Positions 19,801 to 28,814 are shown, counted from the stretch's first letter. The stretch is DNA of 64,000 bases from an uncultured bacterium (GCA_964506245.1 CAZDKK010000001.1:289-64288); one strand, 5' to 3'. The notes: generated from the letters alone by a model not told the origin. Program-made: numbers and translations.

Positions 19801-19996
19801 GTCCCCGGGGCCTGACGTCCGGAACGGCAATCCGCGGGCGCTGCACGAGGAGGTTCTGCGGCTCGAGCGACGCCTGGTGTCGGAGACGCTGACCGCGACG
19901 GGTTGGAACCGGGCCGAGACCGCCCGGCGCCTGCGCATCAGCTATCCGACGCTGCTGACCAAGATCAAGGTGTTCGGGCTGACGCCGACGCGGTGA
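16808..19996 (+). CDS. Large sigma54-dependent transcriptional activator with N-terminal TPR repeats and a GAF domain (1062 aa)
   Basis: TPR-like helical repeats over residues 40-470. A GAF-like segment, then an AAA+ sigma54-interaction domain (ILITGETGTGKGLLA, ESELFGHVAGSFTGA GAFTGA-variant, FLDEIG, RELIQVV). C-terminal Fis-type HTH (GWNRAETARRLRISYPTLLTKIK). Confidence 0.85.
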   Translation: MAEANRERNGTTRGPGAKGPHEASGAPPGGLREEMDRLVQVAELHLAADDTQAALEVLRRAEGLAVEGQADPAWTAGMKIRLADCLRGRGEFSAALEQVQQAIDLIADQGDGIVRGKALARAASLHVRLGDYASAQECASTAYELLRTTGEHAEIGTLELTLGTIHMRTGQVRRSQEFFESALFTFRRIGHREGTAKALNNLGILLKNGPRWKDALDYLRQTLAISEEMGNAGNIAMHCGNLGVLYSKMCDWKEAERALVRGISTCKEIGNSFTATCCHLAQGNLQRRRGRYARAAESYAQARQLAEQNKYGREIVLCWECEGDLLADEGKLDEARAHLERALEMARAVAPRGDLTPEIERRLAAIALRKGEAAEAERLTTRAYRGARQVGDNVEAGAALRILGDAYARQGKHAAASRVLQRAVEILGQTPDAYELALARISWGRCLGRPEAAKPHGDGHGQRLKAADQLQRAIEFFLSVELTGQAAEAVVELAEVRAGQRDLEGALRDIARGRSLAEQADRRDVIERLDRARAALETQSAEVAVLKSPEVEIIQDWSRFFSEGGADEVRLEGMLRFALERLESSRALLAAPAAPGGQPAVVAKVGLQDGQGDAILRAILPHVESRGLILAGGIAHDPRFASEAEGAFAGVRSFASLSLSLPEGKGVLYIDRRAGGSSVFGRGDLRVLSVVSGLLGLGLIQIRRERELQAQRQEREHPVRTGPLADYVTQDAEVLRVFAQLERVGDSTASILITGETGTGKGLLAQCIHRASARRDGPFITVNCAAIPETLLESELFGHVAGSFTGARADKRGLFEEAERGTLFLDEIGRTSLTVQAKLLHALDTHKIRRVGATRDHAVDVRVVCASNTDLLDAIRRGTFLEDLFYRLSDFTVHLPPLRERPGDIPLLLNSFYDRVCHELGRKPAGLDAEVRKLLLEHTWRGNIRELIQVVRRMVALSLDGERITADLLPRELLGTAAQPEPAPVRSPSPPDEGVPGWSPGPDVRNGNPRALHEEVLRLERRLVSETLTATGWNRAETARRLRISYPTLLTKIKVFGLTPTR

Positions 19997-20057
19997 GGAT
20001 GCGGCCTCCTTGCGCATGGGATCGTTCCCGAACGCGGCCTGAGGCCGGCAGCCGGCG

Positions 20058-22091
20058 TTACCGCACGCGGGCAGGCAAGACCGTCACGGCCAGCCCGGCC
20101 CACTGTAGGCGCCGCTCCAGGGCAAAGGCCGTCTCGTTGTGCAGGACACGCTGATACCAGCGATCGCGCTGGAAGAGGATCTTCCCCGCGAAGAAGGTCG
20201 GACGAGCGAATTCCCGTGAGATCTGCAGGCACAGCCGTTCCAGCTCGGCGACAGCGTCGGTGCCGACCGCCATCCGGTAGGTCGCCCGTACGCCCACGCC
20301 GTGGGCCAGCGCAACGTACTGCTCGAGGCTGCGACGCGTCTGGATGGTAAGCCGGTCGACCGCGTCGGCACCCTTGAAGCCGCCCGAATCGATCACGCCC
20401 ACGCCCACGAAGACGATGCCGCGGAAGTAGGTGGGGGCGAAGTTGAGGGCGCTCAGCGTCGTGTGAATCCCCAGCCCGCCGTACCCGCCGACCAGGACCA
20501 CTGCCACGGGTTCCCGGCGATTGACCTCGCCGGGGTGCTCGGTATGGGTACGCGGAATGGAGGCCAACTCCCGGAAGAGCTGATGGAGTTTGGCGCCGAC
20601 CATCTCGTAGTGACGATGAATCAAGAAGCAGAGCATGATGAGAACAGCCGCCACGGCGAGCGTGATCCAGCCACCCTCGCGGAACTTCGTGATGATCGTG
20701 ATGGCGAGGATCGTCACGCAGAAGACCAGACCCGTGAGGAACGTGGCGAACTTGTGTCTGTAGTCGTGCTGCTCACGCCGGCGAAGCGTGTCCCGCAGCA
20801 TGCCGTACATCGACAGTGTGAAGGTGAGGAAGACGTTGATGCTGTACATGACTACCAGATGTCGCACGGCACCGCCTGTATAAAGCAGTGCCACCAGCGA
20901 CATGGCGGCCATCAGGAGCACGCCGTTCTGCGTCGTCAGGCGATCTGAAAGGCTCGCGAAGCGGCGCGGCATCCAGGAGTCCAGGGCCATGTTGGCGAGA
21001 ACGCGGGGACCGCCGATGTACCCTGCCTGCGCGGCCACCAGCAAGAGTCCGCCCTCCGAGACCAGCGTCAGGATCACGAAGAGCTGCGCCAGGGGGAAGC
21101 CCGCGGCGAAGCGCTCGGCCAGCACAGCATTCATCGTCTTGCCGGGCTCGGCGCTGATGCCCCAGAGCAGGTAGCAGAGGATCAACCCACCGGCCGTGAA
21201 TGCGAGCGAGGTCGACATGTAGACCATGGTCCGTTTCCCGGTCTGGACGCGGGGCTCGCGCATGAGGGGCAGGCCGTTGGACACGGCCTCGAGACCGGTG
21301 TACGTGCCCCCACCCAAGGAATACGCGTGCAGAAACAGGAGCAGCAGACCTCCGGCGCCGAGGGTGGCCAGACCCTGCTGGAACCCGGTGTGGACATGGA
21401 CCGCGGTGGCCGGGATCTCGCCGATCCGGATCACGATGCCGCCGACGATGAGGATCAGATGGGTCGCGACGAAGAGCACGAAGATCGGCAGCAGCGTCAT
21501 CACCGATTCCTTGACGCCGCGCAGGTTGAGGAGGGCCAACCCCAGGATGAGCAGGACTTCGGAGGGCAGCTTCCAGATGTTCCAGCCGACCGGCATGAAG
21601 CTGAAGAGCGCATCCCCTGCTGCGGCGATCGAGACCGTAATGGTGAGGACGTAGTCGACGAGCAGCGCGCAGCCCGATACGACGCCTGTTCGGGGACCGA
21701 GGAGCTTGCTGGCGACGAGGTACCCGCCGCCGCCGTGAGGGAAGGCCTCGATGATGTATCGGTACGCCCCGGAGATGACGAAGATCGTGACCGCGGTCAA
21801 CACCGCTAGTCCCACGGCTAGATAGGTGTGCTGACCCAGGGAGTGGAAGGCTTCGGAAGGTCCGTAGGACGACGAAGAAAGACCGTCTGCACCCAGCCCG
21901 ACCCAGGCCAGGAGCGCGACGAGCGAGAGGTGATGGAAGAGCGAGCGGTCCCGCAGATCCCGCGGAGCACCCAGAATCAGCCGCCAGGCGCGCTGAAGGG
22001 CCGAGGGTCGTTCCTCGGGCTCGAGGTCGGGCGGCGGATTGGGGATCGGGGGCAAGGTTGGGCCGGGCCCACCGGCCCCGTGGCCGGACAT
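20058..22091 (-). CDS. APC-superfamily amino acid/polyamine permease with an extra cytoplasmic C-terminal domain of about 170 aa
   Basis: Twelve predicted TM helices with an APC-like pattern (GGGYLVASKLLG...), followed by a soluble C-terminal domain. GGAGG RBS before the ATG at 22091. Confidence 0.8.
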   Translation of the reverse strand: MSGHGAGGPGPTLPPIPNPPPDLEPEERPSALQRAWRLILGAPRDLRDRSLFHHLSLVALLAWVGLGADGLSSSSYGPSEAFHSLGQHTYLAVGLAVLTAVTIFVISGAYRYIIEAFPHGGGGYLVASKLLGPRTGVVSGCALLVDYVLTITVSIAAAGDALFSFMPVGWNIWKLPSEVLLILGLALLNLRGVKESVMTLLPIFVLFVATHLILIVGGIVIRIGEIPATAVHVHTGFQQGLATLGAGGLLLLFLHAYSLGGGTYTGLEAVSNGLPLMREPRVQTGKRTMVYMSTSLAFTAGGLILCYLLWGISAEPGKTMNAVLAERFAAGFPLAQLFVILTLVSEGGLLLVAAQAGYIGGPRVLANMALDSWMPRRFASLSDRLTTQNGVLLMAAMSLVALLYTGGAVRHLVVMYSINVFLTFTLSMYGMLRDTLRRREQHDYRHKFATFLTGLVFCVTILAITIITKFREGGWITLAVAAVLIMLCFLIHRHYEMVGAKLHQLFRELASIPRTHTEHPGEVNRREPVAVVLVGGYGGLGIHTTLSALNFAPTYFRGIVFVGVGVIDSGGFKGADAVDRLTIQTRRSLEQYVALAHGVGVRATYRMAVGTDAVAELERLCLQISREFARPTFFAGKILFQRDRWYQRVLHNETAFALERRLQWAGLAVTVLPARVR

Positions 22092-22331
22092 GTCACAAAC
22101 CTCCGCGCTTCTGCCACTCGAGGAAGGCCCCGTGCGTGTCGCGCGGCAGCGCTTCCCTTCGACGCCTGCGAGGTTAGCTGACGGACTCGGGCCGAAGAGA
22201 CTGCCCTACGCCTTGCGGCGATGCGCCCCGAGACTGGTTCCCCCGCTCCCGCCCCCGGCGAGATTCAGCGATAGCGGGCCAAAGGGTAGCTCGGCCAGAC
22301 GAGCACGGGCAAGGGCATTCTGGTTGGGCTG

Positions 22332-24104
22332 TCAGCGCTCCGCACCACCCGGCGGCGCGGCGGTGGGGGCGTCGGGCGCACGGGCGCCGGGTCCGAGACG
22401 AGCCACGACCTCCCGCACGTGTGCCAGCTCCTCGGGGCGGAGGTAGCGCGCGGCCAGCTCCGGTTCCACCGCCAGGATCTGAAGCAAGATCTCCCCGACG
22501 GCCACGATCTCCTGTGTGTTGCGCTCGCGCTCCGCGATCAGGAAGAGCAGATGGATCGGGGGCAGGTATCCCGGGCGCTTGACCACGGCCTCCCGCGCCC
22601 ACCACTTGGCTTGCTCCAGCTCCCCGTCGCGAAAGCAGGCGGACGCGAGATTGTGGGCCATGCGCGGATCGTCGGGGTAGAGCCGTACCCCGTCCTCCAG
22701 CGCGGCGTACATCTCGCGGTGAAGGTCGTTCGATTCGAAGAGAAAAGCCAGATGGAGCGGCGGTGGATGATCGACATAATAGGGCGCCGGGTCGTCGCCG
22801 ATCAAGTCCTGCACGCGGCGGATCGACGCGTCCCCCGCGTTGACCATCACGAAGCCCCAGGTGTTCAAGAGCGAGAGCACGATCAGGGCAGAGAACAGCG
22901 GCGACAGGACAAGGCTCCAGCGTTTCGTGGGCCAGGCCTCTTCGGTTACGCGCGGCCGGGCGGCGACCGCCGCCCACAGCAGCAGCGGCAGGCCCGCGAA
23001 CGCCAGGATGTCCCAGTCGGCGGCACCCAGGATCGCCTTGACCTCCCACAGGCTCAGCGTGACGGGCAGCGCCGCGCTCAGCACGAGCCACGCGTGGCGC
23101 TCCAGACGCGCGCGCCCGCTCACGACAGCTATCACAACTCCAGCCAAGAGCGGCAGACCCAGCAGAGCCCCAGCCGGCGACGCGAGGACGAACGCATTGA
23201 CGCGCTCCCACCAGAGCGCGGGGGCGAGCAGCGACAACCGTCCTGCGCTTGCCGTATAAGGATAGAAGAGGGCGGGAACCAGTAGCGGAAGCGCCAGCGC
23301 GCCGGCCAGCACGGCAACCATCCCCAGAGCCATCGCGCGCCCCGATGGGGAATCGAGCCGCGGGCGATCGCCGGGCTCGAGCCGGAGCCCGCGCCGCCAC
23401 GCCACGAGCACCAGCAGGGGCAGGGCAAACGGGAGGGCGATCGCGTGCAGGGCGACCGCGACGGCGAACAACGCCGCGGTCACGAGGAGCGAGCCGCCCT
23501 CGAGCGCACGGTGCGCACTCGCCAGATAGAGCGCCAGAACAGCGAAAGCCCAGGAGTAGACCTCGATGTATCCGCAGAAGAGCTGTACACCCCCCAGGCC
23601 CAACAGCCCTAGATGCACCAGCCCGCGCTCGCGCGCGTCTCGGCCCAGGACTCGGGCGAGGCGCGCGGCTGCCAGCCCGAAGGGGATTGCCGCCAAGGTG
23701 TTCAAGGCCGCCAGGCTCGCGCGCGGCGCCAGTCCGCCGGCCGATGCACCCAGCCGCATCGCCGCATGTGCAAGCGCCATCGTGCCCCATTCGTAGGGCA
23801 GCATCTGTCCCCGCATCGCCTGTTCGAGCCGCAGCCAGTTGTCGCCCAGCAGGGCGTAGCGAGCACGCAGAGCCCAGCAGAGCGCGAGAAGCAGCAGGGG
23901 CACGAGAAGATCCCCGACGCGCCGACGCCAGCCGCTGTCCACTGCCGACCCGATCGCCCGGCCCCAGGCTCCCGCGCCACGATCGAGGAGGGCCCGACCG
24001 CGCGCGGTGACGAGGGCCAGCACGAGGAGACCGACCAGCAGCCCGAACGCGACGGTCCACCCACTGGGCAGATAACGCAGTGCGTCGAAGCCCCAGATGC
24101 GCAT
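22332..24104 (-). CDS. Polytopic membrane protein, putative GT-C-fold glycosyltransferase-like, with a C-terminal TPR-like soluble domain
   Basis: More than 12 TM helices, then a helical repeat C-terminus (DGELEQAKWWAREAVVKRPGYLPP...). ATG at 24104 (MRIWGF). It lies immediately downstream of another GT-C-like gene with a 1-nt gap. Confidence 0.55.
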   Translation of the reverse strand: MRIWGFDALRYLPSGWTVAFGLLVGLLVLALVTARGRALLDRGAGAWGRAIGSAVDSGWRRRVGDLLVPLLLLALCWALRARYALLGDNWLRLEQAMRGQMLPYEWGTMALAHAAMRLGASAGGLAPRASLAALNTLAAIPFGLAAARLARVLGRDARERGLVHLGLLGLGGVQLFCGYIEVYSWAFAVLALYLASAHRALEGGSLLVTAALFAVAVALHAIALPFALPLLVLVAWRRGLRLEPGDRPRLDSPSGRAMALGMVAVLAGALALPLLVPALFYPYTASAGRLSLLAPALWWERVNAFVLASPAGALLGLPLLAGVVIAVVSGRARLERHAWLVLSAALPVTLSLWEVKAILGAADWDILAFAGLPLLLWAAVAARPRVTEEAWPTKRWSLVLSPLFSALIVLSLLNTWGFVMVNAGDASIRRVQDLIGDDPAPYYVDHPPPLHLAFLFESNDLHREMYAALEDGVRLYPDDPRMAHNLASACFRDGELEQAKWWAREAVVKRPGYLPPIHLLFLIAERERNTQEIVAVGEILLQILAVEPELAARYLRPEELAHVREVVARLGPGARAPDAPTAAPPGGAER

Positions 24105-24105
24105 C

Positions 24106-25824
24106 TCAGGGTCCCGCTTGCCCGGACGAATCGACCGGGGCTTCCTGGTATCCGCTGGGGTGAAAGCGCAGGAATGCCCCGAAGCCACCGCCGGGGACCT
24201 CTTCGAACCAGATGGGCTCGAAGTACTTGGATTGGCGCCGTATGAAGGGATGCAGGATCTTGAGCACATCCTCGTAGGGAATGCTCGAGACGTGCACCAC
24301 CGTCACACCGCGCTGGCGCAGGTGATCCAGCATGCGCGCGTCGTCGGGTTCGCGCGGAAAAGAGACGGCCTCCAGCCCGGTGACGTAACGGAAGATGTTC
24401 GACTTGCGATCCAGCACGATCTCGCGCGGCGACAGGTTCTCATGCGCCCAGCCCAGGGCGTTGAAGTAGGCCTCCCAGCGGGGCGGATAATGCCGAACCT
24501 CGCCTGCATAGGCTGCAAGCCGCTGGCCGGCGAGGACGACGATGATCACCAGCAGCGCGGGCAGCACGAGAGCGCCGGGACGACGTAGCCCGGGCCGGCG
24601 CGCGGCTGCGTTCAACCACGCATCGCGCAGTCCCAGCGCGACGAGCAGGAAGCAGAGAGGCAGGATGGGGAGCACGAAGCGCACACTCGCCCAGATCGGG
24701 GGCCAGGCCAGGCAGATCGCAAGAAAAGCCGCCGTATAGGCAACCGTGACCGGCAGTCGTCGGGCCATCCGAACCAGACCGAGAAGCAGGAGGAGGCCCA
24801 CCAGCACCCCGCTCCAGGCCGGTAGCACCGGTGGCGGCGTGATCTCGGCCGTATAGGTGCTGCAGGCCGCATAGGGCACGAGGGCATGGGCGATGTCGAT
24901 GCAGAAGTACTGGCGGCCGTTCTGTGCCAGGCGATCGACCAGCGCCGGGAGGTTCAGCGTGCCCTCGTTGGGCAGATAGGGATTGATGTACCGAATCTGC
25001 TGCAGGTAGCTCTCGCCCTCGCCGCCGGCGAGCGCGCTGTGAAGCACCCAGGGGATGAGGACCACGGCGCACAGCACGGCGCTCACGACCGCGGCCCGCC
25101 CCTGTCGTCGCAGCAGGAGGACCAGGGGCAGCGCGGCCAGGACAGCGATGCCCACGGTGCGGATGTAGAAGGCCGCCCCGGCGGCGACAGCCCAGGGCAA
25201 GAGGGCCCGCGTGTGGACGAGCCACGGTGCGCCGGCGATCCGACGCCCGCGCTTCTCATGCCCGGGGTCCTGGCTCCCGGCGATGTGGACGACCCGGTCC
25301 GTGGCGCGCTCGCCCAGCCAGAGCGCGATGACGCTGGCGAGCAGAAACGGGATCTCGGACATCACGTAGTGCGAGAACTCGACGACGGAGAGGATGAGCA
25401 TCGCGGCCCCGGCGATGGCGAAGGCCGCCCAGGAAGGCCCGGGTGGTGCGCTCCGGGGCCCGACCTTCACGGGGGGCGCACCCCGCGACACCGCCCGCTC
25501 GGCCAGCCACAGGAGTCCGACCCCCGCGGCGGCATAGCACAGGACGGACAGGACCTTGCCCGCCATGAATCCGGTGCCGAAGAGGAGCTGCAAGGGCACG
25601 AGCAGCAGGGGGAAGAGCGGTGGGTACTTCGAGCTGGCCCACAGGTTGCCCTCGCGCCACACCTTCTGGGCCAGCAGGATGTAGTCGACGTTGTCGCCGT
25701 TGACGTAGAGCTTGGGATCGAACGTGATGCCCGAGACCATGAGCAGGGGCACGATCAGCAGCAGGGCCCGGGCGCGAAAGGAGCCGAGGAGGTAACCGGC
25801 ATCGCGCTCTTGCTTGCGGGCCAC
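24106..25824 (-). CDS. GT-C-fold membrane glycosyltransferase family protein (ArnT / PMT_2, GT39/GT83-like)
   Basis: N-terminal TM, then a first extracytoplasmic loop with an acidic motif (YVNGDNVDYILLAQKV). Twelve or more TM helices and a C-terminal soluble domain. The architecture is typical of undecaprenyl/dolichyl-phosphate-sugar-dependent transferases. Confidence 0.7.
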   Translation of the reverse strand: MARKQERDAGYLLGSFRARALLLIVPLLMVSGITFDPKLYVNGDNVDYILLAQKVWREGNLWASSKYPPLFPLLLVPLQLLFGTGFMAGKVLSVLCYAAAGVGLLWLAERAVSRGAPPVKVGPRSAPPGPSWAAFAIAGAAMLILSVVEFSHYVMSEIPFLLASVIALWLGERATDRVVHIAGSQDPGHEKRGRRIAGAPWLVHTRALLPWAVAAGAAFYIRTVGIAVLAALPLVLLLRRQGRAAVVSAVLCAVVLIPWVLHSALAGGEGESYLQQIRYINPYLPNEGTLNLPALVDRLAQNGRQYFCIDIAHALVPYAACSTYTAEITPPPVLPAWSGVLVGLLLLLGLVRMARRLPVTVAYTAAFLAICLAWPPIWASVRFVLPILPLCFLLVALGLRDAWLNAAARRPGLRRPGALVLPALLVIIVVLAGQRLAAYAGEVRHYPPRWEAYFNALGWAHENLSPREIVLDRKSNIFRYVTGLEAVSFPREPDDARMLDHLRQRGVTVVHVSSIPYEDVLKILHPFIRRQSKYFEPIWFEEVPGGGFGAFLRFHPSGYQEAPVDSSGQAGP

Positions 25825-25996
25825 TCCACGCCTCCCTCACCCGGCGACCCGGCGCGTTCTGCCCTGTGCGCGCCGACAGGGGATCAGTTTCGCCCCTTCG
25901 GCCAGGTAGGTGCAAGCGCGGGCGGGGCGGCACCCGCCACCCCGCCCGTGCACGCCGCGCCGGCCCGCGACCTGGCGGTGGATCCCGCCGCGGGAA

Positions 25997-28276
25997 TCAG
26001 GACCAGGGCAGCCCCAGCCTTTGCCAGACCGATTCCCCGTCGGGAATGCGTCCGGGCTTGAGGTGCCGGTAGGTCGTGAACAGGAACCAGGCCAGCGGGG
26101 TCACCCCCAGACCGATGATGACCAAGTCGGGCAGCAGCCGGATCTGGCCCAGGAACTTCACCATGGGACGCTCGAAGAAGGCGGCATCGCGCGCAGCCCA
26201 GATCCCCTCGCGGAAGCTCGTCCAGGCCTGAGCAATGCCGACCGGGAAGAGCGTGATCAGCACCATCAGCAGCAACCCCACGTTCAGACCGAAGAAGGAG
26301 ACCCTGAGCAGCCGATCGTTCCAGTACTGCTTCTCCACCAGCCCGCGCCAGGAGAAGAGCAGCAGGGCGATCGACAGCATGCCGTAGGTGCCGAAGAGCG
26401 CCGCGTGACCATGGTTCATCGTCAGGTAGGTGCCGTGCTCGAAGTAGTTGACGATCGGGAGATTGATCAGGAATCCGAAGACCCCGGCACCGAGGAAGTT
26501 CCAGAAGGAAGAGGCCACGAGGAAGTAGAGAGGCCAGCGATACGGGAATTCCCGTCCCTCTTTGCGGATCGACTTGTACTCCATCAAGCCGCGCACGACG
26601 ATGCCGAAGAGCGGCACCGGTTCCAGCGATGAGAAGACCGCCCCCAGGCCCAGCCAGAGAGACGACCCACCGTACCAGAAGTAGTGGTGGGCGACGCCGA
26701 CGATGCCGCTCAGGAAGACGATCGTGGCCGTGAAGTAAGAGACGACCAAAGCATCGCGCGCCGAGGCGAGACCCATGGTGACCAGCAGCACCGAGATCAC
26801 GGCCACGCCAAAGAACTCGAAGATGCTCTCGACCCAGATGTGCACGACGAACCAGCGCCAGTAGTCGGCAACGCTCAGGTGCGTTCCGCGCCCATAGAAG
26901 AGGCCGAAAGCGAAGAAGGCCACGACCAGGATCGCGCTGAAGACATAGAAGGCGACGAGCTGGTGGAACTCGTCGGTGGAGGCCCGGCGCAGGCTGCCCG
27001 CCACGGCGCGGTAGACGATGGCGAGCCAGGCGAGCAGGCCCACGAAGAGCAGGATCTGCCAGAGTCGACCCAGCTCCAGGTACTCCCAGCCCTGATGTCC
27101 GAGCCAGAACCACCAGTTCCCCAGACCGCCTTTGATTCCGGCCACCTCCCCGATCAAGCTGCCGCCTGCCACGACCAGAATCGCGGCGAACAGGAGCTGG
27201 ACCAACAGGCCCTGCCGGCGGGGTTCGCGGCCGCCGACGATGGGCGCGAGGTAGATGGCGGATGCCACCCAGGTCGTGGCAATCCAGAAGATCGCGAGCT
27301 GCAGGTGCCAGGATTTCGCCCAGCTGTAGGGAATCAGGGACGCCACCGCCGGGATGTAGAAGCGCGAGGGGTGAACGGTGTAGTGGGCCAAGAGACCGCC
27401 GAACGAGGTCTGCACGAGGAAGAGCAGGATGACGACCAGGAAGTACTTGGCGGCCTTCTGCTGGCTGGAGGTGAGCGGCATGTCGATCAGCTTCTCGGCC
27501 AGCGGCACCCCCTTGCTCGGCCCGTACCAGATCTTGTAATAGTGCACGAGATAGATGAACAGGCCCAGGATCAAGAACAGCGCCAGGATTCCACCCAGCG
27601 TCCATAGATAGACTTCGCTGGTCGGCGCATTGCCGACGCTCGGATCCGGCGGCCAGTTGTTCGTGTAGCTGTAGTTCTTGTCCGGGCGATTGGTCGAAGC
27701 GGCCCAAGCGGTCCAGAAGAAGAAGCAGGCGATCTGCCGGCGCTCCTCCGGCGAGACGATGGTATTGGGCAGGAACCCGTAGTCCGAGTTGCCCGCGCCG
27801 AAAGTCTCTTCCCAGAAGCGTTCGTTTGCGGCGATGGCGTTGGCCTGCGCGACGGTCAGTCGCAGAGTGCCCGTACCCGGGTCGTAGCGGTTGGTCCTCA
27901 TCTCCGTGCGGACCTTGAGGTCGAGAATCCGGCGCTGCTCATCCCGGAGCTGGTCCACCGGGAACCCGTAGATCTCCTGGCAGAGCTGCGCGCGAATCTC
28001 CGTCCCGAGCAGGTGCACCGTCACCGCGGAGAACTCCATCCCGCGCTGGGAACCGTGGCCCCAGACGCTGCCGTGGTCCATCAGCCCGTAGCGCTGATAG
28101 ACGTCCTGGCCGGCCAGGATGTCGGCGCGGGTGATGAGGGCACGGCCCTCGGGCGCCATCACCCGTTCGGGGTAGGGGGGCACCTGACGGTTGGCGGACA
28201 GGCCGCCGATCAGCAGGATGGCCATGGCCGAGAAGAAGGCCAGGATGGCCGCCCACTTCAACTTGGTCAGAGACAT
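25997..28276 (-). CDS. norZ: Quinol-dependent nitric oxide reductase (qNOR, single-subunit NorZ/NorB type)
   Basis: ATG at 28276 with a GAGGAGG RBS. N-terminal TM plus a periplasmic NorC-like extension, then a heme-copper oxidase subunit-I-like core with 12 or more TM helices and conserved His ligands (HHYFWYG, NHGHAALFG). Total 760 aa. Confidence 0.9.
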   Translation of the reverse strand: MSLTKLKWAAILAFFSAMAILLIGGLSANRQVPPYPERVMAPEGRALITRADILAGQDVYQRYGLMDHGSVWGHGSQRGMEFSAVTVHLLGTEIRAQLCQEIYGFPVDQLRDEQRRILDLKVRTEMRTNRYDPGTGTLRLTVAQANAIAANERFWEETFGAGNSDYGFLPNTIVSPEERRQIACFFFWTAWAASTNRPDKNYSYTNNWPPDPSVGNAPTSEVYLWTLGGILALFLILGLFIYLVHYYKIWYGPSKGVPLAEKLIDMPLTSSQQKAAKYFLVVILLFLVQTSFGGLLAHYTVHPSRFYIPAVASLIPYSWAKSWHLQLAIFWIATTWVASAIYLAPIVGGREPRRQGLLVQLLFAAILVVAGGSLIGEVAGIKGGLGNWWFWLGHQGWEYLELGRLWQILLFVGLLAWLAIVYRAVAGSLRRASTDEFHQLVAFYVFSAILVVAFFAFGLFYGRGTHLSVADYWRWFVVHIWVESIFEFFGVAVISVLLVTMGLASARDALVVSYFTATIVFLSGIVGVAHHYFWYGGSSLWLGLGAVFSSLEPVPLFGIVVRGLMEYKSIRKEGREFPYRWPLYFLVASSFWNFLGAGVFGFLINLPIVNYFEHGTYLTMNHGHAALFGTYGMLSIALLLFSWRGLVEKQYWNDRLLRVSFFGLNVGLLLMVLITLFPVGIAQAWTSFREGIWAARDAAFFERPMVKFLGQIRLLPDLVIIGLGVTPLAWFLFTTYRHLKPGRIPDGESVWQRLGLPWS

Positions 28277-28323
28277 TGCAGCCTCCTCGCTGGCGGGGCC
28301 CCTTGCTGGGCGCCCCCCAAGGT

Positions 28324-28728
28324 TCACGGTTGGATCCGGAAGTCCGTCAGCCTGGTCTCGGACAGGTGCTTCATGATCTCGGCCCATACGTTCTCGAAGA
28401 CCGCTGCGAAGACGCACTGCCCCGGCCCGCAGATGGGATGGCCCAGCAGGCACCGGGGCGGGGCCAGCGGGCCCTCGATCGCCTCCAAGACCTCGCGCAC
28501 GGAGAGCTGCCGCGGGTCGACGGCTAGGCTGAATCCGCCGGCCGCGCCGCGGGTGGACTCGAGGAACCCGGCGCTGACCAGTCGATGGAGCACCTTGGCC
28601 ACGTGAGACTCGGAGCAGCGCAGCCGGCCCGCGATGTCGGGTGCCGAGAGACGCGCGTCGGGACCGGCGGCGGCGATATAGGCCAGGGCATGGATGGCCA
28701 GGTTGGACGCCTCGGAGAAGGAGAGCAC
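28324..28728 (-). CDS. nsrR: Rrf2-family transcriptional regulator, NsrR-like NO sensor
   Basis: GTG start at 28728 with a GGGAGG RBS. Rrf2 wHTH (LSFSEASNLAIHALAYIA...SHVAKVLHRL) and a three-Cys cluster (CLLGHPICGPGQC) for Fe-S binding. It sits directly upstream of qNOR on the same strand. Confidence 0.8.
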   Translation of the reverse strand: MLSFSEASNLAIHALAYIAAAGPDARLSAPDIAGRLRCSESHVAKVLHRLVSAGFLESTRGAAGGFSLAVDPRQLSVREVLEAIEGPLAPPRCLLGHPICGPGQCVFAAVFENVWAEIMKHLSETRLTDFRIQP

Positions 28729-28748
28729 GAGACCTCCCTGGGTTAATC

Positions 28749-28779
28749 CCGAATTCGGAGTCAGAATACAGGAATTTCC
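28749..28779. promoter_or_regulatory. Candidate operator palindromes in the nsrR upstream region (CCGAATTCGG and GGAATTTCC)
   Basis: A perfect 10-bp palindrome and a 4-1-4 palindrome lie 20-50 nt upstream of the nsrR start. No match to a characterised NsrR box is claimed. Coordinates are approximate. Confidence 0.2.
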
Positions 28780-28814
28780 CCTGGGGCACAATGGCGGGTG
28801 AGGCCGCTGAGCCA

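Noticed and set aside
24097-24588. A plus-strand ORF (163 aa) starting in the palindrome between the two GT-C genes.
   Set aside because: It is antisense to the GT39/83-like membrane protein and arises from the palindromic ATG-containing junction. It has no motifs.
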